Assembly: GCF_048403405.1 (NCBI RefSeq)
Contig: NZ_CP183129.1
DNA length: 64,000 bases
Direction: 5' to 3' (one strand)
Source of the DNA: Escherichia coli
GTDB taxonomy: Bacteria; Pseudomonadota; Gammaproteobacteria; Enterobacterales; Enterobacteriaceae
Within the stretch, counting starts at the first letter, position 1. Each line of letters opens with the position of its first letter. This document shows positions 43,482-55,603 of this stretch, one piece after another. The notes below the pieces were generated by a model. That model was not told where the DNA came from. It made no database searches and saw only the letters and a program-made list of their open reading frames with translations. Made by a program: the position numbers and the translations under genes.

Positions 43482-44609
43482 TTAACGGCGTCTATAGCCT
43501 TCCTCTAGCACCGCCTGTGTTCGAACGAGTTCATCCGCGAGTCGTTTTTCATCAGGTAGTTGCATCTTATATTCGCTCGCCAGAACGGTGTTAGGCAAAC
43601 CAGCCAGTGCATAATACGCTTCGCCGGCTCCTTTCTCTGCACAGAGAACCAGACCGATGGGCGGATTTTCATCCGGTAGTGTCCAGTGCTCTTTGGCGTA
43701 GTTGAGATACATATTCATCTGTCCGGCATCGCTATAGCTGAATTTGCCCACTTTTAGATCGACGATTAGCAGGCAGCGTAAACGGCGGTGGAAAAACAGC
43801 AGATCGACACGAAACCAGTTGTCATCAATGCGTAACCTTCGCTGTCGACCAACAAAGGCAAAATCATCCCCAAGTTCCAGCATGAAATCCATCAGGTGGT
43901 TGATCAGCGCCTCCTCAAAATCAGATTCTGAGTATTCATCTTTCAACTCCAGAAATTCGAGCACAAAGGGATCGCGTATCGCCTGTTGCGGAAGAATATG
44001 CATCTCGGCAGGAGCGTGTTGTTGCAGCATGGCTGATTTATCATGTGACAGTAGTGTTCGCTCATAAAATTGGGTCGCAATTTGCCGCTCTAGCTGGCGG
44101 ACAGACCAACCACAGCGGAGCGTTTCTTTTTCATAAAAGCTGCGGGCGTCAGCGTTTTTAACGGAAAGTAGACGGACGTAGGTGGACCAGGGCAGGGGGA
44201 AAGATTTGGCAGACAGCGTCTGCCAAATCTTTGCCGATGGGAATTCTGCAGACGGTGTCTGCGGCATTCCCAATGGTGTTAATTCGCCAGACACTGTCTG
44301 GCGAATTTCAACATGTTGAAAAAAGAGGTAAAAAAGCCTCATTTGGCGTAAGTTTTTTGCAGAGAACCCACGCTTATACCTTAGACTTAAATCCTTTGAT
44401 AGTCGCTTGATTAGCTGCGCACCATACGCAGCCCTGGCCTCGCCACCTTGTTCAAATTCGACAATTCGTCGGCCAATTTCCCAGTATGTCGCGGTCATCA
44501 GCGCGTTAACGCTACGTACCGTTTCCGTCCGGGCGCTATCGACCAGGTGAATAATACCGTCGTGGATTTGCTGGTAGCCTGTTGAGGTTCTCTCTGAGAG
44601 CGATTCCAT
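43482..44609 (-). CDS. yhcG: DUF1016 (YhcG-family) protein with predicted PD-(D/E)XK nuclease fold
   Basis: 375-aa ORF, N-terminus MESLSERTSTGYQQIHDGIIHLVDSARTE; C-terminal region has nuclease-like D...ELK motifs (IVDLKVGK). Confidence 0.85.
   Translation of the reverse strand: MESLSERTSTGYQQIHDGIIHLVDSARTETVRSVNALMTATYWEIGRRIVEFEQGGEARAAYGAQLIKRLSKDLSLRYKRGFSAKNLRQMRLFYLFFQHVEIRQTVSGELTPLGMPQTPSAEFPSAKIWQTLSAKSFPLPWSTYVRLLSVKNADARSFYEKETLRCGWSVRQLERQIATQFYERTLLSHDKSAMLQQHAPAEMHILPQQAIRDPFVLEFLELKDEYSESDFEEALINHLMDFMLELGDDFAFVGRQRRLRIDDNWFRVDLLFFHRRLRCLLIVDLKVGKFSYSDAGQMNMYLNYAKEHWTLPDENPPIGLVLCAEKGAGEAYYALAGLPNTVLASEYKMQLPDEKRLADELVRTQAVLEEGYRRR
44200..44307. repeat. three tandem hairpin-forming palindromic units inside the yhcG coding sequence
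   Basis: Units at 44200-44232, 44234-44276 and 44281-44307, each with arms ending in CAGAC, a 3-nt centre, and GTCTG; arms differ between units but stay self-complementary. Confidence 0.7.
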
Positions 44610-44792
44610 TATCTGTCCCTTTATATGGCGCTGTGTTGAATAATGGAATCAGCTATACGCCGGGCATCTGCCGGTAACAATCCAGATGTGCGTATTACAT
44701 TGGTTTTCTTCAGATTATGCGAGGCGCTTTCCAGTACGAAAGGAGAATTTCAGCGCCGACTCTTTTCTGAGGAGGCGGCGCTGGGACAGAGC

Positions 44793-46223
<1,431 letters not shown>

Positions 46224-49200
46224 TTACTGCGCCTGCACGCGCAACTCTGCTGCGCTACGACTACGGTGACCCAGCAGTGCTTTTACATCACTGGACTTCG
46301 GTTTAACCAGCGCAAATTTAGTGGCGAAGGTTGACCAGTTCGCCAGAATCTCTTCACCGCGCTGAGAACCGGTATGCTGAACATGCTCGGTGATAAGACC
46401 GCGCAGATGCTCTTCATGGATCGCCAGATCGTCAACGCTTAAGACCTCGACCAGTTCCGGGTTAACGCGTTTGCGGAAATCGCCGCTTTCATCGAGAACG
46501 TAAGCGAAGCCGCCGGTCATGCCCGCGCCGAAGTTAACGCCGGTTTTACCCAGAATACAGACAATACCGCCCGTCATATATTCACAGCCGTTGTCGCCAA
46601 TGCCTTCTACCACGGTGATAGCACCGGAGTTACGCACGCCGAAACGTTCACCCGCGCGGCCTGCGGCATACAGACGACCTCCGGTCGCGCCATACAGGCA
46701 GGTGTTGCCGATAATGCTTGCTTCATGGCTGCGGAAGGCTGAGCCAACCGGAGGACGAATGGCGATTAAGCCGCCCGCCATGCCTTTACCGACATAGTCG
46801 TTGGCATCACCGGTCAGGTACAGTTCCACGCCGCCCGCGTTCCACACACCGAAGCTCTGGCCTGCGGTGCCGTTGAAGTACGCTTTGATCGGATCGGCTG
46901 CCAGACCCTGATCGCCGTGCGTCTGGGCGATATAGCCTGAAAGCGACGCGCCGACAGAACGGTCGGTGTTGCGAATATCGAACCAGAAGGTTTTGCTCTG
47001 ACGCTCATCGACAAACGGTTTTGCCTGTTGCAGCAACTGTGCGTTCAGCAGGCCGTTATCAAACGGCGGGTTGTTTTCGGTACAGTAGAGCGCCTTACCT
47101 GGATGCGGCTCAGCGGTCTCCAGCAGTTTCGACAGCGCCAGTTTCTGCTGTTTGGCGGTGAAACCGTCCAGCTCTTTCAGCAGGTCGGTGCGACCAATCA
47201 GATCCACCAGACGCGTTACCCCCAGCTGTGCCATCAGCTCGCGGGTTTCACGGGCGATAAACTCAAAGTAATTAGTCACCTTGAACGGCAGGCCGTGATA
47301 GTGATTCTTACGCAGTTTGTCATCCTGAGTTGCTACACCCGTCGCGCAGTTGTTCAGGTGGCAAATACGCAGATATTTACAGCCGAGCGCCACCATCGGA
47401 CCGGTGCCGAAGCCGAAGCTTTCTGCGCCGAGAATCGCCGCTTTGATGATATCGACACCCGTTTTCAGGCCGCCATCGACCTGCAAACGAATTTTATGAC
47501 GCAAGCCGTTGGCAACCAGCGCCTGCTGGGTTTCCACCAGACCGAGTTCCCACGGACAGCCTGCGTATTTCACCGATGAAAGCGGGCTTGCGCCGGTGCC
47601 GCCGTCATAGCCTGCGATGGTGATTAAATCGGCATAAGCTTTCGCCACACCGGTCGCGATGGTGCCTACTCCCGGTTCGGACACCAGCTTCACGGAGATC
47701 ATCGCTTTCGGGTTAACCTGCTTGAGGTCGAAAATCAGCTGCGCTAAGTCCTCGATAGAGTAGATATCGTGGTGCGGCGGCGGGGAGATCAGCGTCACTC
47801 CGGGCACCGAATAGCGCAGTTTGGCGATGTAAGGCGTGACTTTATCGCCCGGTAACTGACCGCCTTCGCCCGGCTTCGCGCCCTGGGCGACTTTAATCTG
47901 AATGACGTCGGCATTGACCAGATACGCCGGAGTAACCCCAAAGCGACCAGAAGCCACCTGCTTGATGCGCGACACTTTGTTAGTGCCATAGCGCGCCGGA
48001 TCTTCGCCGCCTTCACCGGAGTTAGAGTTGCCGCCGATGCTGTTCATCGCTTCCGCCAGCGCCTCGTGGGCTTCCGGGCTTAACGCGCCGATAGACATCG
48101 CAGCGGTATCGAAGCGTTTAAACAGTTCGCTTGCCGGTTCAACATCCGCAATGTTGACCGCGTTTTCACCCGGCGTAATTGCCAGCAGATCGCGCAGCGT
48201 GGTTGCCGGACGCTCATTAACCAGCTTCGCGTATTCCTGATAGTCGCTGTACTCGCCGCTTTGTACCGCCTGTTGCAGCGTGCGCACCACGTCCGGGTTG
48301 TAGGCATGGTATTCGCCGCCGTGGACGTATTTCAGCAGGCCGCCCTGGCTGATGGGCTTACGCGCCAGCCAGGCACGTTTCGACAGATTCAGCAGATCCT
48401 GCTGGAAGTCTTCAAAGCTCGCCCCACCAATGCGACTGACCGCCCCCTGGAAGCACAGGCCCACGACATCATCGTGTAGACCGACCGCTTCAAACAGTTT
48501 CGAGCAGCGGTAAGAGGCGATGGTGGAAATGCCCATTTTGGACATGATTTTGTACAAGCCTTTGTTGATGCCGTTACGGTAGTTGAGCATCACGGTACGA
48601 TAATCTTTGGCAATCGCGTGGGTGTCTACCAGGCGGCCCAGCGTTTCATAGGCAAGGTACGGATAAATAGCCGTCGCACCGAAGCCCAGCAACACGGCGA
48701 AATGGTGCGGATCGCGGGCGCTGGCGGTTTCGACGATGATGTTGGCATCGCAACGCAAGCTTTGATCGACCAGACGGGTCTGGATCGCGCCAACCGCCAT
48801 CGGGGCTGGAACCGGCAGGCGATCTTTAGCGATATTCCTGTCGGAGAGCACCAGCAACACGGTGCCGCTACGTACCATTTTTTCAGCTTTGTCGCACAGC
48901 TCTTTGACCGTCGCTTCGAGCGTGGTTTTGGTGACGTCAAAGGTGATATCCAGTGTATCTGCGCGGTAGTGCTCCTCTTTCATCGTCGTGAGCTGTTTGA
49001 AATCGGAGTAGAGCAGAATCGGCGATTTAAAACTTAAACGGTGCGCCTGGCCCTCTGCTTCACAGAAGACGTTCATTTCACGACCAATGCTGGTGGCGAG
49101 CGACATAACATGCGCTTCACGCAGCGGGTCGATTGGCGGGTTAGTCACCTGGGCAAACTGCTGGCGGAAGTAGTCGTAAATAATGCGCGGCTGACTGGAG

Positions 49201-50684
49201 AGCACGGCGAATGGGGTGTCGTCGCCCATCGAACCGACCGCTTCCTGACCGTTTTCGCCCAGTACGCGAATTACGGAGTCCAGCTCTTCCGCGCTGTAGT
49301 TAAACTGTTTCTGGTAACTGGCAAGTGTGTCGTCGTCCAGTTCGCGGCTACCTACTTCTTCATCGGGCAGATCTTCAAACGGTACCAGTCGGCGGACGTT
49401 TTTCTCCATCCACTCTTTATATGGATGGCGGCTTTTCAGATCGTCATCGGTTTCTGCCGAGTGCAGAATACGCCCACTGCGGGTGTCGATAACCATCAGT
49501 TCGCCTGGCCCGACGCGGCCTTTTTCGACCACTTCGTCAGGCTGGTAATCCCAGATACCGACTTCAGAGGCGCAGGTGATGAGCTTATCTTTGGTGATGA
49601 CGTAGCGCGCCGGACGCAGACCGTTACGGTCGAGGTTACAGGCGGCAAAACGACCGTCAGACATCACGATGCCTGCCGGGCCATCCCACGGCTCCATATG
49701 CATGGAGTTAAAGTCAAAGAAGGCGCGCAGTTCCGGGTCCATATCCGGGTTGTTCTGCCAGGCAGGTGGGACTAATAGACGCATGGCACGGATGATATCC
49801 ATCCCGCCTGCCAGCAGGAGTTCCAGCATGTTATCCATCGAACTGGAGTCAGAGCCGGTTTCGTTGACGAACGGCGCGGCGTCGTGCAGGTCAGGGATCA
49901 GCGGCGTCTGGAATTTATAGGTACGCGCACGCGCCCATTGGCGGTTACCGGTGATGGTGTTGATTTCACCGTTATGCGCCAGGTAGCGGAACGGCTGCGC
50001 CAGCGGCCAGCGCGGTACGGTGTTAGTGGAGAAGCGCTGGTGGAACAGGCAAATGGCCGATTCCAGACGCAGGTCCGCAAGATCCAGATAAAAGCGCGGC
50101 AGATCCGCCGGCATACACAGACCTTTATAAATATTGACCAGATTCGACAGGCTACAGACGTAGAAGTCTTTGTCGGCTTCGAGACGCTTTTCAATGCGGC
50201 GGCGGGCGATAAACAGACGGCGCTCCATATCGCGCGGACGCCAGCCTGCCGGGGCGTTCACAAAAATTTGCTCAATGCGTGGCAGAGAGGAGAGGGCGAT
50301 TTCACCCAGCACGCCTTCGTTAGTGGGGACATCACGCCAGCCCACAATCGACAACGTTTCGCGTTGCAGCTCTTCTTCAACGATGCGGCGTGCGGCAGCA
50401 GCGAGTTCAGGATCTTTATTCAGGAAGAGCATCCCGACAGCGTAGTTTTTTGCTAAACGCCATCCGCGCTCCTGCGCAACGATGCGAAAAAAGCGATCCG
50501 GTTTTTGTAACAGCAAGCCGCAACCGTCACCGGTTTTACCATCGGCGAGAATCGCGCCACGGTGCTGCATGCGGGCCAGTGCGTGTATAGCAGTACGCAC
50601 TACCTTGTGGCTAGGTTCGCCTTCTATGTGGGCGATCAGGCCGAAACCACAGTTATCCCTCTCAAGGGATTTATCGTACAACAT
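46224..50684 (-). CDS. gltB: glutamate synthase (NADPH) large subunit
   Basis: Start set at [19 protein letters not shown] (short propeptide before the catalytic Cys; 1486 aa). The track ORF continues in frame 36 codons further upstream, to 50792. Confidence 0.93.
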   Translation of the reverse strand: MLYDKSLERDNCGFGLIAHIEGEPSHKVVRTAIHALARMQHRGAILADGKTGDGCGLLLQKPDRFFRIVAQERGWRLAKNYAVGMLFLNKDPELAAAARRIVEEELQRETLSIVGWRDVPTNEGVLGEIALSSLPRIEQIFVNAPAGWRPRDMERRLFIARRRIEKRLEADKDFYVCSLSNLVNIYKGLCMPADLPRFYLDLADLRLESAICLFHQRFSTNTVPRWPLAQPFRYLAHNGEINTITGNRQWARARTYKFQTPLIPDLHDAAPFVNETGSDSSSMDNMLELLLAGGMDIIRAMRLLVPPAWQNNPDMDPELRAFFDFNSMHMEPWDGPAGIVMSDGRFAACNLDRNGLRPARYVITKDKLITCASEVGIWDYQPDEVVEKGRVGPGELMVIDTRSGRILHSAETDDDLKSRHPYKEWMEKNVRRLVPFEDLPDEEVGSRELDDDTLASYQKQFNYSAEELDSVIRVLGENGQEAVGSMGDDTPFAVLSSQPRIIYDYFRQQFAQVTNPPIDPLREAHVMSLATSIGREMNVFCEAEGQAHRLSFKSPILLYSDFKQLTTMKEEHYRADTLDITFDVTKTTLEATVKELCDKAEKMVRSGTVLLVLSDRNIAKDRLPVPAPMAVGAIQTRLVDQSLRCDANIIVETASARDPHHFAVLLGFGATAIYPYLAYETLGRLVDTHAIAKDYRTVMLNYRNGINKGLYKIMSKMGISTIASYRCSKLFEAVGLHDDVVGLCFQGAVSRIGGASFEDFQQDLLNLSKRAWLARKPISQGGLLKYVHGGEYHAYNPDVVRTLQQAVQSGEYSDYQEYAKLVNERPATTLRDLLAITPGENAVNIADVEPASELFKRFDTAAMSIGALSPEAHEALAEAMNSIGGNSNSGEGGEDPARYGTNKVSRIKQVASGRFGVTPAYLVNADVIQIKVAQGAKPGEGGQLPGDKVTPYIAKLRYSVPGVTLISPPPHHDIYSIEDLAQLIFDLKQVNPKAMISVKLVSEPGVGTIATGVAKAYADLITIAGYDGGTGASPLSSVKYAGCPWELGLVETQQALVANGLRHKIRLQVDGGLKTGVDIIKAAILGAESFGFGTGPMVALGCKYLRICHLNNCATGVATQDDKLRKNHYHGLPFKVTNYFEFIARETRELMAQLGVTRLVDLIGRTDLLKELDGFTAKQQKLALSKLLETAEPHPGKALYCTENNPPFDNGLLNAQLLQQAKPFVDERQSKTFWFDIRNTDRSVGASLSGYIAQTHGDQGLAADPIKAYFNGTAGQSFGVWNAGGVELYLTGDANDYVGKGMAGGLIAIRPPVGSAFRSHEASIIGNTCLYGATGGRLYAAGRAGERFGVRNSGAITVVEGIGDNGCEYMTGGIVCILGKTGVNFGAGMTGGFAYVLDESGDFRKRVNPELVEVLSVDDLAIHEEHLRGLITEHVQHTGSQRGEEILANWSTFATKFALVKPKSSDVKALLGHRSRSAAELRVQAQ

Positions 50685-51358
50685 ATCGTGAACCTCCCCC
50701 AGGCTCTGCGGGAACCCCACTTCCGAACCGCTGCGCACGGGCACAGAAAGAGCGTGGCGACGGGGTTTGCGTGTCATACGCGCGCCTCGCATTCGCCCCC
50801 TTGTTGTCCTTTTCGCATCGGTTAATACGGTGAAGAGGGGATCTCAATTACTGCATAAATATGATGAGCAGGCTGCTCATCCAGAAAGCTTCCAGCGGAT
50901 TTCCAACTTATCGGGAAAGCTGATACAGGTCAAATGGCAAGCTTATTGGTACAGAAATGTGCTTTAGCGCAAAATTCTTTATTAATTAGCTGAAATTAAA
51001 ATGGATTTTCTCTTTAAGGCTAAAAGGGGAGTCGTTAGAGAAACTGCCAATTCCTGACTGTCATAAAGGCGTGTTAACCCTTATCCTGCCTTGAACTGAC
51101 GAGAAAACCAGCATTTTATACTGCCTTAATTGTTAATGGCATTTTATGCTACTGTTTTTGCCTAAAATCTATAAGGAGATAAAAAAATCTGACACAAGAT
51201 AAGCAAAAATGATTTATGTGATCATGCATGAAATTTCGGTAATTTTGATTGATTATGCAGTTGATAAAAGCAGGCCGGGACGATTGATCCAGGTCATCGC
51301 CGAATTGAGCTAAAAATGGCAGGCTTTGGCCTCTTTTCAAGGCGCGGTCTATCAGATT
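50685..51358. promoter_or_regulatory. gltB upstream regulatory region and divergent yhcC promoter
   Basis: About 670 bp of AT-rich non-coding DNA between divergent gltB and yhcC; the gltBD promoter is known to have an extended upstream regulatory region. Sites not mapped here. Confidence 0.4.
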
Positions 51359-52288
51359 ATGCAGTTACAGAAATTAGTCAATATGTTTGGTGGTGATCTC
51401 ACCCGTCGTTATGGGCAAAAGGTGCATAAGCTGACGCTGCACGGCGGTTTTAGCTGCCCTAACCGTGACGGTACCATCGGGCGTGGCGGCTGCACATTCT
51501 GTAATGTTGCCTCGTTTGCCGATGAAGCGCAGCAACATCGTTCTATTGCCGAACAACTGGCGCACCAGGCGAATTTAGTTAACCGCGCTAAACGCTATCT
51601 GGCCTACTTTCAGGCGTATACCAGCACCTTTGCGGAAGTTCAGGTGCTGCGTTCTATGTATCAGCAGGCGGTGAGCCAGGCCAATATTGTTGGTTTGTGT
51701 GTTGGTACCCGCCCGGACTGCGTGCCGGATGCGGTGCTGGATCTGCTTTGCGAATATAAGGACCAGGGTTACGAAGTGTGGCTGGAGCTGGGGCTACAAA
51801 CCGCCCACGACAAAACGCTGCATCGCATCAATCGCGGTCATGATTTTGCCTGCTATCAGCGCACGACGCAGTTGGCGCGTGAGCGCGGGCTGAAGGTGTG
51901 TTCTCACTTAATTGTCGGCCTGCCTGGCGAAGGGAAGGCTGAATGTTTGCAAACGCTGGAGCGAGTGGTTGAAACCGGCGTGGACGGCATAAAGCTGCAT
52001 CCGCTGCATATAGTAAAAGGCAGCATTATGGCGAAAGCCTGGGAAGCGGGGCGTTTGAACGGTATTGAACTGGAGGATTACACGCTCACTGCCGGAGAAA
52101 TGATTCGCCATACGCCACCGGAAGTGATCTACCACCGCATTTCCGCCAGCGCCCGTCGCCCGACGTTGCTTGCTCCGCTGTGGTGCGAAAATCGATGGAC
52201 GGGAATGGTCGAGCTGGATCGTTATCTGAATGAACATGGCGTACAGGGATCGGCGCTGGGACGTCCGTGGCTACCTCCAACGGCGTAG
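51359..52288 (+). CDS. yhcC: radical SAM protein YhcC
   Basis: 309 aa from MQLQKLVNMFGG; the Cys cluster is CPNRDGTIGRGGCTFC. Confidence 0.88.
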   Translation: MQLQKLVNMFGGDLTRRYGQKVHKLTLHGGFSCPNRDGTIGRGGCTFCNVASFADEAQQHRSIAEQLAHQANLVNRAKRYLAYFQAYTSTFAEVQVLRSMYQQAVSQANIVGLCVGTRPDCVPDAVLDLLCEYKDQGYEVWLELGLQTAHDKTLHRINRGHDFACYQRTTQLARERGLKVCSHLIVGLPGEGKAECLQTLERVVETGVDGIKLHPLHIVKGSIMAKAWEAGRLNGIELEDYTLTAGEMIRHTPPEVIYHRISASARRPTLLAPLWCENRWTGMVELDRYLNEHGVQGSALGRPWLPPTA

Positions 52289-52383
52289 GCCATTGAGGGG
52301 AATTCCGCATTTCTCACACAATTTATAACGTAACTGTCAGAATTGGGTATTATTGGGGCAGGTTGTCGTGAAGGAATTCCCTA

Positions 52384-54720
52384 ATGAAGCAAATTCGTCT
52401 GCTGGCGCAGTATTATGTTGACCTGATGATGAAGTTAGGTCTGGTGCGCTTCTCAATGTTGCTGGCGCTGGCCCTCGTCGTTCTTGCCATTGTGGTACAA
52501 ATGGCGGTAACCATGGTGCTGCATGGTCAGGTCGAAAGCATTGATGTTATTCGTTCTATCTTCTTTGGTTTGCTGATTACGCCGTGGGCGGTCTACTTTC
52601 TATCGGTGGTCGTCGAGCAACTGGAGGAGTCACGACAACGTCTGTCACGACTGGTGCAAAAACTGGAGGAGATGCGCGAGCGCGATTTGAGCCTCAACGT
52701 TCAGTTAAAAGATAATATTGCCCAGCTAAATCAGGAAATCGCCGTTCGTGAAAAAGCGGAAGCAGAACTGCAGGAAACCTTCGGCCAACTGAAAATTGAA
52801 ATTAAAGAGCGCGAAGAGACACAAATTCAGCTCGAACAGCAATCCTCATTCTTACGTTCCTTCCTTGATGCTTCACCCGACCTGGTTTTTTATCGTAACG
52901 AAGATAAAGAGTTTTCCGGCTGTAACCGCGCGATGGAGCTGCTGACCGGAAAAAGCGAAAAACAACTGGTTCACCTGAAACCTGCTGATGTTTACTCACC
53001 GGAAGCCGCTGCGAAAGTCATTGAAACCGATGAAAAGGTGTTCCGTCATAATGTGTCACTGACCTATGAGCAGTGGCTGGATTATCCCGACGGGCGCAAA
53101 GCCTGTTTTGAAATCCGTAAAGTGCCGTACTACGACCGCGTGGGTAAACGTCACGGTTTGATGGGTTTTGGTCGCGACATTACCGAGCGTAAGCGGTATC
53201 AGGATGCGCTTGAACGCGCCAGCCGCGACAAAACGACGTTTATTTCCACCATCAGTCACGAATTGCGTACACCGCTGAATGGTATCGTCGGCCTGAGCCG
53301 CATTCTGCTGGATACCGAACTCACCGCCGAGCAGGAAAAATATCTCAAAACCATCCATGTTTCGGCCGTCACGCTCGGGAATATCTTCAACGATATTATC
53401 GACATGGATAAGATGGAACGGCGTAAGGTCCAGCTTGATAATCAGCCGGTTGATTTCACCAGCTTCCTTGCCGATCTGGAAAATCTCTCCGCATTGCAGG
53501 CGCAACAAAAAGGATTGCGCTTTAATCTGGAGCCTACGCTGCCATTACCGCATCAGGTCATTACCGACGGGACGCGTTTACGGCAGATCCTGTGGAATCT
53601 CATCAGTAACGCCGTCAAATTCACCCAGCAAGGCCAGGTTACCGTGCGCGTGCGCTACGATGAAGGCGATATGCTGCATTTTGAAGTGGAAGACTCTGGT
53701 ATCGGCATTCCGCAAGATGAGCTGGATAAAATCTTCGCCATGTATTACCAGGTGAAAGACAGTCATGGCGGTAAACCTGCCACTGGCACCGGTATTGGTC
53801 TGGCCGTTTCTCGTCGTCTGGCGAAAAATATGGGCGGCGATATTACGGTTACCAGCGAACAGGGCAAAGGTTCAACCTTTACGTTGACGATCCACGCACC
53901 GTCGGTAGCAGAAGAGGTCGATGATGCGTTTGATGAAGACGATATGCCTTTACCGGCGCTGAATGTGCTGCTGGTGGAAGACATTGAACTGAACGTGATT
54001 GTCGCGCGTTCTGTGCTGGAAAAATTAGGTAACAGCGTTGATGTCGCCATGACCGGCAAGGCGGCGCTGGAGATGTTTAAACCGGGCGAATACGACCTGG
54101 TATTGCTGGATATTCAGTTGCCAGATATGACCGGGCTGGATATCTCTCGTGAACTGACGAAGCGTTATCCGCGCGAGGATTTACCGCCGCTGGTGGCCTT
54201 AACCGCTAACGTGCTGAAAGACAAGCAAGAGTACCTCAATGCTGGAATGGATGATGTGCTGAGTAAGCCGCTTTCTGTTCCGGCGCTAACCGCGATGATC
54301 AAGAAATTCTGGGATACCCAGGATGATGAGGAGAGTACGGTGACGACAGAAGAGAACAGTAAATCAGAAGCATTGCTCGATATTCCCATGCTGGAACAGT
54401 ATCTCGAACTTGTAGGACCGAAGCTGATCACCGACGGGTTAGCGGTGTTTGAGAAGATGATGCCGGGCTATGTCAGCGTGCTGGAGTCGAATCTGACGGC
54501 GCAGGATAAAAAAGGCATTGTTGAGGAAGGACATAAAATTAAAGGTGCGGCGGGGTCAGTGGGGTTACGCCATCTGCAACAGCTGGGTCAGCAAATTCAG
54601 TCTCCTGACCTTCCCGCCTGGGAAGATAACGTCGGTGAATGGATTGAAGAGATGAAAGAAGAGTGGCGTCACGACGTAGAAGTACTGAAAGCGTGGGTGG
54701 CAAAAGCCACTAAAAAATGA
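52384..54720 (+). CDS. arcB: aerobic respiration control sensor kinase ArcB
   Basis: 778 aa: two N-terminal TM segments, PAS, HisKA (SHELRTPLNG), receiver and HPt domains. Confidence 0.97.
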   Translation: MKQIRLLAQYYVDLMMKLGLVRFSMLLALALVVLAIVVQMAVTMVLHGQVESIDVIRSIFFGLLITPWAVYFLSVVVEQLEESRQRLSRLVQKLEEMRERDLSLNVQLKDNIAQLNQEIAVREKAEAELQETFGQLKIEIKEREETQIQLEQQSSFLRSFLDASPDLVFYRNEDKEFSGCNRAMELLTGKSEKQLVHLKPADVYSPEAAAKVIETDEKVFRHNVSLTYEQWLDYPDGRKACFEIRKVPYYDRVGKRHGLMGFGRDITERKRYQDALERASRDKTTFISTISHELRTPLNGIVGLSRILLDTELTAEQEKYLKTIHVSAVTLGNIFNDIIDMDKMERRKVQLDNQPVDFTSFLADLENLSALQAQQKGLRFNLEPTLPLPHQVITDGTRLRQILWNLISNAVKFTQQGQVTVRVRYDEGDMLHFEVEDSGIGIPQDELDKIFAMYYQVKDSHGGKPATGTGIGLAVSRRLAKNMGGDITVTSEQGKGSTFTLTIHAPSVAEEVDDAFDEDDMPLPALNVLLVEDIELNVIVARSVLEKLGNSVDVAMTGKAALEMFKPGEYDLVLLDIQLPDMTGLDISRELTKRYPREDLPPLVALTANVLKDKQEYLNAGMDDVLSKPLSVPALTAMIKKFWDTQDDEESTVTTEENSKSEALLDIPMLEQYLELVGPKLITDGLAVFEKMMPGYVSVLESNLTAQDKKGIVEEGHKIKGAAGSVGLRHLQQLGQQIQSPDLPAWEDNVGEWIEEMKEEWRHDVEVLKAWVAKATKK

Positions 54721-54832
54721 CCCCGGCTAGACCGGGGTGCGCGAATACTGCGCCAACACCAGGGAAATCTTGGCTGCGCCGTAAATTATTATGATGAGTT
54801 ACAAGGGCACAGCACTGTTTTTCAGGCTGCAC
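54712..54832 (-). ncRNA. arcZ: ArcZ small RNA (RyhA/SraH), Hfq-dependent
   Basis: The minus strand reads GTGCAGCCTGAAAAACAGTGCTGTGCCCTTGTAACTCATC...CACCCCGGTCTAGCCGGGGTCATTTTTT, matching ArcZ as I recall it (one possible mismatch near the 5' end). The terminator U-tract overlaps the arcB stop codon. Confidence 0.85.
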
Positions 54833-54949
54833 GCAGTTAAGATAGCAAAACTTAAATGATTTGTTACATGAATCAGTTAAATGTGTGATGCGTAGCATTT
54901 TTATTAAAAAAATTAATGTGTTTCAGTCAATTGCGAAAGGATGATCACA

Positions 54950-55603
54950 ATGAAGAAAATTGGCGTAATTCTGAGCGGATGCGGCGTCTATGACGGTTCT
55001 GAAATTCATGAAGCGGTGTTGACGTTGTTAGCTATTTCACGCAGCGGTGCGCAGGCGGTCTGCTTTGCACCGGATAAGCAGCAGGTTGATGTTATCAACC
55101 ATTTAACGGGCGAAGCGATGACGGAAACGCGCAATGTGCTGATTGAAGCGGCACGAATAACGCGCGGTGAAATCCGTCCTCTGGCCCAGGCCGATGCCGC
55201 TGAACTGGATGCGTTGATTGTGCCGGGGGGTTTTGGCGCGGCGAAGAATTTAAGCAATTTTGCCAGTCTTGGTAGCGAATGCACCGTTGACCGTGAATTA
55301 AAGGCGCTGGCACAAGCGATGCATCAGGCCGGAAAACCGCTTGGTTTTATGTGTATTGCCCCGGCGATGCTGCCGAAAATTTTCGATTTCCCGCTGCGTT
55401 TGACCATCGGTACTGATATCGATACCGCAGAAGTGCTGGAAGAGATGGGCGCGGAGCATGTGCCGTGTCCTGTCGATGATATCGTGGTTGATGAAGACAA
55501 TAAGATTGTCACCACCCCGGCATATATGCTGGCGCAGAACATTGCAGAAGCGGCGAGCGGCATTGATAAGCTGGTTTCCCGCGTGCTGGTCCTGGCGGAA
55601 TGA
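54950..55603 (+). CDS. elbB: DJ-1/PfpI-family glyoxalase ElbB
   Basis: 217 aa from [24 protein letters not shown]. Confidence 0.92.
   Translation: MKKIGVILSGCGVYDGSEIHEAVLTLLAISRSGAQAVCFAPDKQQVDVINHLTGEAMTETRNVLIEAARITRGEIRPLAQADAAELDALIVPGGFGAAKNLSNFASLGSECTVDRELKALAQAMHQAGKPLGFMCIAPAMLPKIFDFPLRLTIGTDIDTAEVLEEMGAEHVPCPVDDIVVDEDNKIVTTPAYMLAQNIAEAASGIDKLVSRVLVLAE

Noticed and set aside
46224-50792. Longer 1522-aa form of gltB, plus N-terminal extensions of other track ORFs (accC, mreB, rng, mdh, degQ, rplM, hpf, ptsN, lptA, nanT, nanE, nanK, yhcC, elbB, yrbL, dcuD, aaeX, yhcN)
   Set aside because: The extensions run into upstream spacers or promoters, and trimming to the next in-frame Met gives the known protein lengths; the yrbL extension would also overlap its own PhoP box.
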